A stretch of 22,856 nucleotides of DNA, from IMG/VR virus record IMGVR_UViG_3300031991_000033; one strand, 5' to 3'. Positions within the stretch are counted from its first letter, which is position 1. Each line of letters opens with the position of its first letter. A program made the position numbers and the translations under genes. Origin of the DNA: a virus. The notes beneath the pieces are model-generated. The model was not told the origin of the DNA. It saw nothing but the letters and a program-made list of their open reading frames with translations, and did no database searches. Positions 14,851-21,836 of the stretch are shown piece after piece.

Positions 14851-15143
14851 TGTTTTGGCGTCGTAGGCAACTTGGTAGACCACAGAAGCTCAAACCTTCT
14901 GATGCTATGGGTTCGAATCCCATCGACGCTACTGAACAAAACGAGAGAGCGAAAGCTATTCTCCAAGAATGGATCGATCAACAAGGTCATGAACGTTGTT
15001 GGTATTATCCAGACCTTTTCAATCGTTTGATTAAGGTATATGGCATTGAAACAACCAAAGAACCAAACTTACCACCACGATGCGAGTTTGAGGAAGGTTG
15101 TAGAAGATATCAGGAAGAAGAGTATGAACGAATTGATCGCTGA
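14850..15143 (+). CDS. Hypothetical protein; start lies before or within the tRNA
   Basis: The nearest in-frame ATGs are 14850 and 14907. The C-terminal part (QGHERCWYYPD) looks protein-like. Confidence 0.55.
   Translation: MFWRRRQLGRPQKLKPSDAMGSNPIDATEQNERAKAILQEWIDQQGHERCWYYPDLFNRLIKVYGIETTKEPNLPPRCEFEEGCRRYQEEEYERIDR
14857..14931 (+). tRNA. Short-variable-loop tRNA-Leu(CAA)
   Basis: CAGAAG-CT CAA AC-CTTCTG-ATGCT; A73. Confidence 0.82.
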
Positions 15144-15360
15144 GGCACGTAAACATTTAGCCGCCCTCACTCCCGGTGACTGGACGGTAGATGAATGTGG
15201 GTCGGAAGACTGTTGGTGTCGCTGCATCGGCAGCACACACCCAGAACATGCAGAACGAGGCGTTGTTCCTTCGGGATGCATGGACAAACACGACGCCGAA
15301 GCAATCGTTTGGATCAGAAACAATTTGGGTCGGATTCTTGATGCTTTGGAAGATGCCTGA
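15124..15360 (+). CDS. Hypothetical protein (TPGDW motif)
   Basis: MNELIAEARKHLAALTPGDW...; resembles common small phage ORFs. Confidence 0.7.
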   Translation: MNELIAEARKHLAALTPGDWTVDECGSEDCWCRCIGSTHPEHAERGVVPSGCMDKHDAEAIVWIRNNLGRILDALEDA

Positions 15361-15366
15361 TAACAT

Positions 15367-15443
15367 GGCACGGTAGGCAATTATTGGTAGACCACAGACG
15401 TTGAGATCGTCTGATGCTCCGGGTTCGAGTCCCGGTCGTGCCA
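15367..15443 (+). tRNA. Short-variable-loop tRNA-Leu(GAG)
   Basis: CAGACG-TT GAG AT-CGTCTG-ATGCT; ends 16 nt before the LeuRS start. Confidence 0.82.
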
Positions 15444-15459
15444 CTTTTGGAGAAAGATC

Positions 15460-16755
15460 ATGAAGGGTTTTGACGCACCACCTTTGGACCCAAACATTGT
15501 AGTAATGTTCCCCTACCCTTCCGGTAAGGGATTGCACATGGGTCACTATTACAACTACGCCATCATCGACAGCTATTGTCGGTATTGGCGTCACCAAGGT
15601 AACAAAGTCTTCCAGCCATTTGGCTATGATGCGTTCGGCTTGCCTGCCGAGAACTACGCACGTCAAATTGGCGGTGATCCTCGTGAGATCACCTATGAAA
15701 ACATCGCCAACTTCCGTCGCCAGATGGAACAGATGAATACACAATTTGAAGAGAAGTTGGTGACTTCTGATCCGTCCTACTACAAGTGGACTCAATGGTT
15801 GTTCTTGAAGTTGAAAGAACATGATTTGGCTTACAAAGCCAATGGCTTGGTCAATTGGTGTCCATCCTGCGTCACTGTGTTGGCGAATGAGCAAGTGACA
15901 CCCGAAGAGCGTTGTGACCGTTGCGGCTCCGCTATTGACCAGCAAATGATGAATCAATGGTACTTCCGTATTACAAAATACCGAGACCGTTTGATCCAAA
16001 ATTTGGATTTCATCGACTATCCCGAAGGAACCATCAAACGTCAGCGTCAATGGTTGGAGAACTTGCATGATTGGTGTGTTAGTCGTCAACGCAAATGGGG
16101 TTGCCCAATCCCGATTGACGGCGAGGAAGACACTCTCGATACCTTCGTTGACAGCAGTTTCTACTACTTGAGGTACTTGACTGACTCAGAAGATGAGTTC
16201 TTGCCAGCCACAGCTTATCGTCCAGTGGATTTGTACGTCGGCGGTGCAGAACATGCTACGATGCATTTGATCTATGCACGATTCATTCACATGTTCTTGT
16301 ACGATATTGGCATTGTGCCACAAGAAGAACCGTTCGATAAGGTCATTCATCAAGGAATGATCACTAAAGACGGTTCCAAGATGGCGAAATCCAAAGGTAA
16401 TGTAGTCAATCCCGACGACTACAACTCAGACGAGTTGAGATTGGGTTTGATGTTCATTGGTCCTTATTTTGAAGGCGGTGATTGGAACGAACAGTCCATT
16501 CGTGGAGTTCAGAAATTCTTGCGGAAGTTCAGCAAGTGGTTGGAGTCTGCTTCGGGAACTGGCTTGGATTTGGATATGACAGAATTGAAGAATAAGATCG
16601 ACTCCAATGTTCGATCATTCAAATTCAATTTGGTTGTAAGCAACTTCATGAAGTTCTTGAATGAGAACAAAGGTAAAACCATTTCGTTCAAGACTCGATA
16701 CGAGTTGATGAACTTGTTTGGGTGTTTTGCACCCGGATATTTGGAGAAAATCTGA
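15460..16755 (+). CDS. leuS: Minimal leucyl-tRNA synthetase (431 aa)
   Basis: MFPYPSG-LHMGH, GYDAFGLPAEN, WCPSC..CDRC, DWCVSRQRKWG, DTFVDSS, YVGGAEHA and KMAKSKGN. Confidence 0.93.
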   Translation: MKGFDAPPLDPNIVVMFPYPSGKGLHMGHYYNYAIIDSYCRYWRHQGNKVFQPFGYDAFGLPAENYARQIGGDPREITYENIANFRRQMEQMNTQFEEKLVTSDPSYYKWTQWLFLKLKEHDLAYKANGLVNWCPSCVTVLANEQVTPEERCDRCGSAIDQQMMNQWYFRITKYRDRLIQNLDFIDYPEGTIKRQRQWLENLHDWCVSRQRKWGCPIPIDGEEDTLDTFVDSSFYYLRYLTDSEDEFLPATAYRPVDLYVGGAEHATMHLIYARFIHMFLYDIGIVPQEEPFDKVIHQGMITKDGSKMAKSKGNVVNPDDYNSDELRLGLMFIGPYFEGGDWNEQSIRGVQKFLRKFSKWLESASGTGLDLDMTELKNKIDSNVRSFKFNLVVSNFMKFLNENKGKTISFKTRYELMNLFGCFAPGYLEKI

Positions 16756-17153
16756 TGTCTCAGTGGATGTGTGAACTTTGTTTCCCAACCGGTGTTGAGT
16801 TAGGCGTCGTACTGCCGGGTTATTCCTTGATGCTTCTCAATGAGCAGTATCACCTTCTGGGTGGTCAGGGACACAATGGTCACATTTTGTTGACCTTCAA
16901 TCACCGTCCATTTCCAGACCCCGATCCAGAATCCGAAAGCACGGATCAGGAAGTGAACGCTTTGAGTGATCTGTGGCTGGAACACGTCTTGGAGCCAATC
17001 AGGAACTTAAAGCTTTCGCCTCAAGATGGTCACGATATCGTCGAGTCGGCAAAGGAATTCGGTTGGCATTACGAAAATTGCAACTTCGATTACTGGTTGG
17101 CTGACCGCTGTGGCGTGGTTGCTGCCGAATGGGAGAAGTCAAATGAAGGATGA
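16755..17153 (+). CDS. Hypothetical protein
   Basis: TGATG coupling to leuS. Confidence 0.7.
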   Translation: MSQWMCELCFPTGVELGVVLPGYSLMLLNEQYHLLGGQGHNGHILLTFNHRPFPDPDPESESTDQEVNALSDLWLEHVLEPIRNLKLSPQDGHDIVESAKEFGWHYENCNFDYWLADRCGVVAAEWEKSNEG

Positions 17154-17661
17154 TTTGTACTACCAAATGGTTGCCAAGTTCTACGAGGGCAAATTTGCCA
17201 AACGTAGCGGCGTGCCTTACATGAACCACATTGATGAAGGTATGGTCTTGTGCGATCATTTGGGGTATGATCTATATGTGAAACGAGCTTTTTGTCTTCA
17301 TCCATTGTTCCAAGCTGATGAAGCATTGGCTGGGATTAAACAATGGGAGCGAGTCGCAGACACGATTTTTGTTGACGAATTCGATGCTTATGTTATGATG
17401 CTCGTGATGGAGTACCGCAACAAGGCGAATGGGTATTTGTCGAACAAAGACAAAAAGGTTGAAGACATCAGTCTGAGTCCTTTGGAACAAGTCAATCAGA
17501 TGCTTGTCGTGGACAAGGTTCAGAACAGGAAGGACTTCGAGAAATATCACTTCGGCAGTCATCCTCGTTCTTTCCAGTTGAACACATATTTTCACAACTG
17601 GTTACAAAGATTGGGAATCTCCGAGGATAAATATCAAGAGTTGAAAGCTTTAATAGATTGA
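17143..17661 (+). CDS. Hypothetical protein, N-terminus resembling RelA/SpoT-type HD hydrolases
   Basis: KRSGVPYMNHI and VVDKVQNR, but HP in place of HD. Confidence 0.6.
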   Translation: MKDDLYYQMVAKFYEGKFAKRSGVPYMNHIDEGMVLCDHLGYDLYVKRAFCLHPLFQADEALAGIKQWERVADTIFVDEFDAYVMMLVMEYRNKANGYLSNKDKKVEDISLSPLEQVNQMLVVDKVQNRKDFEKYHFGSHPRSFQLNTYFHNWLQRLGISEDKYQELKALID

Positions 17662-17664
17662 CAT

Positions 17665-17738
17665 GGCACCGTAGGCAACCGGTAGACCACTTGGACTTAA
17701 AATCCGAGATGCTGAGGGTTTGATCCCCTCCGGTGCTA
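17665..17738 (+). tRNA. Short-variable-loop tRNA-Leu(TAA)
   Basis: CTTGGA-CT TAA AA-TCCGAG-ATGCT; atypical T-loop TTTGATC. Confidence 0.78.
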
Positions 17739-17817
17739 CTCACAACAATAAGCTCAGACAAAAGGCTATCTTGTTGCAGACTGAAAGCCTCTGAGAAGCA
17801 ACTGTTGTGACCCCAAC

Positions 17818-17854
17818 GAAAAAGGCGTCCTGATTTGATCAGGACGCCTTTTTC
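17818..17854. terminator. Bidirectional intrinsic terminator closing the tRNA island
   Basis: aaaaaggcgtcctgat-ttg-atcaggacgccttttt between convergent units. Confidence 0.9.
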
Positions 17855-17857
17855 TAT

Positions 17858-18037
17858 TTATGCTGTTTCTTCATCGTCGTTCACAGTCCAAATCACAAAC
17901 AAGGCGTGAAGTAGACCGGGGAAGTATCCAAATAAGGTCAATGCAATGTTCAGCCAGAAATGGAATCCGAGTCCTACTTGTAGGAAAACTCCGACTGGTG
18001 GAATGAAAAGTGATAGTACGGAACGGATTACGTCCAT
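17858..18037 (-). CDS. YqaE/Pmp3-family small membrane protein (59 aa)
   Basis: Not in the ORF track. MDVIRSVLSLFIPPVGVFLQVGLGFHFWLNIALTLFGYFPGLLHALFVI...; GGAGG RBS. Confidence 0.9.
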   Translation of the reverse strand: MDVIRSVLSLFIPPVGVFLQVGLGFHFWLNIALTLFGYFPGLLHALFVIWTVNDDEETA

Positions 18038-18094
18038 TTGACCTCCCTTATGGTTTAGACTCCCTATTACTATGATATGGTTAATGGAGGAAAA

Positions 18095-18370
18095 ATGAAC
18101 GAGAAGATCAAACTCTGGGTTAGTTTTACTGTAATTGTGCTGCTTTTTGTGGCGGGATTTTGGTACACCGGGATGGTGGAAGACTCAGTGAAACCCAAAG
18201 GTGCTAAACTGCCGCCGACTGCAACCAATGTGGTTGATCATGGCGAGAGTTGGTATAGTTTTGATCTTATGATTGGAGACAAAACAATCACGGTCATTCA
18301 TCACTTCGATAAACCAATCCAAAAAGAAGATACAGCACAACCAATTGATGATGAATTCTTGAATTCTTGA
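18095..18370 (+). CDS. Hypothetical membrane-anchored protein
   Basis: GGAGG RBS; N-terminal hydrophobic helix. Confidence 0.7.
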   Translation: MNEKIKLWVSFTVIVLLFVAGFWYTGMVEDSVKPKGAKLPPTATNVVDHGESWYSFDLMIGDKTITVIHHFDKPIQKEDTAQPIDDEFLNS

Positions 18371-18442
18371 ATGATTGGAGGAAGCCCGATCAACCTGATG
18401 TAGATCACGAAGATGATCCAACCGACGAAAGAGAACACGACA

Positions 18443-19051
18443 ATGCAAACGATCCATAAAAAATCAATCATCATGGGTGCGTCTGCCGCCGTGATCATCT
18501 TAACCTTTGCTGGTTTGATTATCGCAACGATGCCCATACACACATCCGAAACAGAACTGGTCAACCGCTTTGTACTTGATGCACCTTTCAAAGAGGTTCG
18601 AAAGACCTTGCAAAAGGCGGATTTGGCAAAGGCGGCATTAGAGATGAGTGGCGGACAAATCGTATCTGAAGAAGTAGTTTATCGAAAGGTCGGATTCGAA
18701 GGTGCTTTAAGAAATTGGAACTTTCGGCAGATAGTCCATACAACGGTGAGTGCTGAAGGTACAACTCTTTTTGTACAAAGTGATACTCAAGCGGTGCCGG
18801 AAAGTGTAGATGTTTTAGTGACTTTGAGAAAACCAAATACAAAAATTGGTTTAAGGCAACTCAGACAAAGTATTCGGATTGTTCCACTTGGCGAGTTACA
18901 AACGATTGTGACTCACGAATCATTGGTGTCTGTGACCAGAAAATGCCCCACTTTATGGCACAATTATATGGATACCAAAGTTCGTGAAGCTGTAGAGAGT
19001 GACATCCAGTCTATCGAGTATTTAATGAGACAATATGTAGAGAGGAGATAG
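18443..19051 (+). CDS. Hypothetical membrane-anchored protein
   Basis: N-terminal TM segment; start uncertain (18413 or 18443). Confidence 0.7.
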   Translation: MQTIHKKSIIMGASAAVIILTFAGLIIATMPIHTSETELVNRFVLDAPFKEVRKTLQKADLAKAALEMSGGQIVSEEVVYRKVGFEGALRNWNFRQIVHTTVSAEGTTLFVQSDTQAVPESVDVLVTLRKPNTKIGLRQLRQSIRIVPLGELQTIVTHESLVSVTRKCPTLWHNYMDTKVREAVESDIQSIEYLMRQYVERR

Positions 19052-19342
19052 ATGTCTGGATTTACAGCAGCAATAGGCGGAAGTAACACTAAGAAAAGCT
19101 TCCCGCCACATTATATTGACCTGAATTTTCTGCAAGAGAAGATTCAAGAATGTTTGGATAACGGAGTCGATGACGACGAAGATAGCATCAAACAGTTGAT
19201 TCGATATTACACAGTAGGTGTGAAGAAAATCAGCGTCAAATACATGAAATCTTGCAATTTCTATGTAATCGAGATGAAGACTGTCAATGATCAAACTGGT
19301 CAAGAATATCACTACAAGTTTTTTGTGCATTCTTACCGGTAA
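19052..19342 (+). CDS. Hypothetical protein
   Basis: GAGGAG RBS. Confidence 0.7.
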   Translation: MSGFTAAIGGSNTKKSFPPHYIDLNFLQEKIQECLDNGVDDDEDSIKQLIRYYTVGVKKISVKYMKSCNFYVIEMKTVNDQTGQEYHYKFFVHSYR

Positions 19343-19391
19343 ATACCGTAGGGAAGAAGTCCCTGCACCAAAATTTGTAGAGGATAATTAC

Positions 19392-19592
19392 ATGGTAACA
19401 GTTGAAGATATTAGAGCGAAAATCACATTTTCTGGTTGGAAGCTTTCGGAACGACCGATGCGGAATGGCGTCGAAGTTCGTGGATGGAAGCTTATTGCCG
19501 AAAAAGGCGAACGTTCATTCACGGTTGAAGGCGAAACTCTTCTGTCAGCAATTCAGAAGATGGGTAAACTTTTGGGTGTTTGGAAGCCCTAA
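19392..19592 (+). CDS. Hypothetical protein
   Basis: GAGGA RBS before ATG 19392. Confidence 0.65.
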   Translation: MVTVEDIRAKITFSGWKLSERPMRNGVEVRGWKLIAEKGERSFTVEGETLLSAIQKMGKLLGVWKP

Positions 19593-19611
19593 AATATGGT
19601 ACACTGCGGAG

Positions 19612-19887
19612 ATGAGCAAGCTTGGCAAACATACCTCGATGGACAAAGAACTCAAGCGATCAGTCGCTTGGTTGGAACGCTATGAGTGCGTTACAAAAGT
19701 TGTCCTTGGTATAACCGAGTCTTGCAGGCATACCTATAGACCCGGAACTTTGCGTTACAAAATGGATGCACCGGGCGGCATCAAGGTGAATGGCTACACA
19801 GGCAATGGTGTCATTGACATCTATGTAAAAATCGAGCCTATCGAGAAAAAAGAAAAATTGGTTGATGCCATTCGTGATAAACACTAG
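19612..19887 (+). CDS. Hypothetical protein, DUF2103-like
   Basis: GKHTS...VTKVVLG...RHTYRPGTLR; family call from memory only. Confidence 0.55.
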   Translation: MSKLGKHTSMDKELKRSVAWLERYECVTKVVLGITESCRHTYRPGTLRYKMDAPGGIKVNGYTGNGVIDIYVKIEPIEKKEKLVDAIRDKH

Positions 19888-20007
19888 ACCTATGACTGAG
19901 GGTATGCCGCCATGCTCACACAATGGTTTGAGATTGTATTCGTCGAATCTGCTAGATGTGATCCGAAACACCGGTATTGCACGTGTTAAAAAACGTCGAG
20001 AGCACAG

Positions 20008-20015
20008 CATAAATA
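20008..20015 (+). promoter_or_regulatory. T4-like late promoter CATAAATA
   Basis: 7/8 match to TATAAATA; 4 nt before ATG 20020; no RBS. Confidence 0.6.
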
Positions 20016-20019
20016 CCAA

Positions 20020-20502
20020 ATGCGAACATTCAGAGAATTCCTCGAACGAGAAACGACCCTACTGCTAGAATTTGATGGCGGTGATGGAGATGCCAGCGGC
20101 GGCAGCGATGGTGGTGGCGATGGTGCGAGTCGTCAATTTGGTTATCAGTTGATATACCCCGTTTATGCCGATGAGGGTAAATGGGCGTTAAACAATCCGG
20201 TTGATGATCGTGGTGTAAGAAGTCATGGTCGCAAACTGCACAATATCGATCTCCCCAAACTTAAAGCCGTTCGCTTCAAATCTATTATATCCAGAACAGC
20301 ACCAGAGGCGGGACCGGGATTTTGGGAACACAAACCAGACATCGGCAACCCTTCCAGCTTGGAAGTTACCGATGAAGATGAGTTGTACCCAATAGGCTTT
20401 GGAACAGATTCTAAACACCCAAGAAAATTGGTTTGGGACAAACCTAATCCGGGTGATTTTGGTTACAATTCTCGCTACAAAGACTTTCCTTCTGATCTTT
20501 GA
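20020..20502 (+). CDS. Hypothetical protein with capsid-targeting-like N-terminus
   Basis: MRTFREFLERE followed by a Gly/Asp-rich linker. Confidence 0.75.
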   Translation: MRTFREFLERETTLLLEFDGGDGDASGGSDGGGDGASRQFGYQLIYPVYADEGKWALNNPVDDRGVRSHGRKLHNIDLPKLKAVRFKSIISRTAPEAGPGFWEHKPDIGNPSSLEVTDEDELYPIGFGTDSKHPRKLVWDKPNPGDFGYNSRYKDFPSDL

Positions 20503-20526
20503 TTTTCCTGTGGAACTTCGTATAAT
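20499..20526 (+). promoter_or_regulatory. Promoter TTGATT-N16-TATAAT
   Basis: Perfect -10 preceded by TCG, as at 7938 and 8731. Confidence 0.7.
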
Positions 20527-20546
20527 GATGTCCACAGGAGAAACCA

Positions 20547-20864
20547 ATGCACGACTTTCTAAATACTACACAGCAACTTACCATGCGTGCCATCGAAGGT
20601 GGTGACACCGTGGAAGATATGCTCATGAGTACAACCGAGGAACTCGGTGAAGTTGCTGCATGTCTTTCGGCAGAGAAGGGTCGGAAGAAGAAAGACCTCA
20701 AGGAAGATAGTAAAACTGAGTGCATTGATCTTGTGATCTGTGCTTTAAGTATCTACTTCGCCAAGGGTGGTGATCCCAACGACATTGCAAAAATTGGGAT
20801 GGCTAAGCTCAGTAAATGGGCTGAAAACCTAAAGCGGAGGCAAAGTGATACAGTGGTTGACTGA
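20547..20864 (+). CDS. MazG-like nucleotide pyrophosphohydrolase
   Basis: TEELGEVA...ECID motif. Confidence 0.8.
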   Translation: MHDFLNTTQQLTMRAIEGGDTVEDMLMSTTEELGEVAACLSAEKGRKKKDLKEDSKTECIDLVICALSIYFAKGGDPNDIAKIGMAKLSKWAENLKRRQSDTVVD

Positions 20865-21087
20865 TGGTTTTGTAAAATACTATGGAGTTGACTGGTTGAT
20901 TTTTCTGTTAGTCGCACTCCATATAGAACTACTCGCCAGAAAGAGTCGTCGAGCCTTTGTTTTAGGTTTCGTCGCATCTGCGGTGAGTGTTTGTTTTGGT
21001 ATCATGATTGGCAGTGTAGCCAACGTGGTTATGAATGTATGTTTCATGTGTTTCCACATAAGAGCGTGGAATCTTTGGAGGGAGTAA
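20845..21087 (+). CDS. Small multi-TM membrane protein (PnuC-like repeat)
   Basis: Three hydrophobic segments; DW...LLARKSRRAF. Confidence 0.6.
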   Translation: MIQWLTDGFVKYYGVDWLIFLLVALHIELLARKSRRAFVLGFVASAVSVCFGIMIGSVANVVMNVCFMCFHIRAWNLWRE

Positions 21088-21611
21088 TGATGAGCCGAGA
21101 CTAAATGATGCCATCGATAAGATGGCAAAGACTGTTGACTTTTTCTTTGAACAAATTCGCAACATTCGCACCGGCAATGTTACGACAGGTGTCCTCGATA
21201 CTATTCGTATCGAATGTTACGGCAACAAAATGCCGCTCAAACACATCGCCATGACAACTGGTGGTCGTGGACAACCTATCTATCAAGCCTTATGACGTAT
21301 CGCTTACGTCTCAAATCAACAAAGATTTGAACAGGGCTGGCTTCCCCGCCTACGTCTTCTCAAAAGACACAGTATGTGTTAATGTTCCGCCCATGTCGGG
21401 TGATGAACGTGATAAAATACGTACCCATGTCAAGAAGATTGGCGAAGAAGCAAAAGTTGCAATTCGCAATATCCGCAAGCAAGCCAAGAAGTCTCTCAAA
21501 GACTTGCCGGAAAATGAGCGAATTCCAGCAGAGAGCAAGCTGCAAGAGAAGACCGATTTATCGGTTAGCATAATTGCAGAAGGAGTTACTGAAAAGGTGT
21601 CTCAATTGTAA
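21087..21611 (+). pseudogene. frr: Ribosome recycling factor, frameshifted in this sequence
   Basis: One frame gives DKMAKTVDFF..IRTG..LDTIRIECYG..PLKHIA. Another gives LSIKPYD..VPPMSGDER..EEAKVAIRNIR. Shift near 21275. Confidence 0.85.
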
Positions 21612-21695
21612 CTCTATTAAGAAGTCCTACAACCTTCTGAGAAATCCCTCTAAACGACTAGATCGTCTTAAAAGTCTTGACACCTGACTATAACT

Positions 21696-21815
21696 TGGTG
21701 AGATATGGCGGCGGAAGAGGGAGAGTAGAGAAGAATGGAGTGTAGCCCACGAGCCGACTGTTGTGGTTGGCGAGCGTGGGAATGTTAGCGTAACACCGCC
21801 GCCTATTTCTCACCA
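21696..21815 (+). ncRNA. 120-nt hairpin RNA with large central bubble
   Basis: tggtgaga..ggcggcgg pairs with ccgccgcc..tctcacca; apical cccacg..gccgac pairs with gttggc..cgtggg; strand uncertain. Confidence 0.6.
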
Positions 21816-21836
21816 CATACAAATACGAGGTATAAC

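Noticed and set aside
14080-16089. Long antisense ORFs 14080-14883 and 15157-16089
   Set aside because: Antisense shadows of well-supported plus-strand genes, with no motifs.
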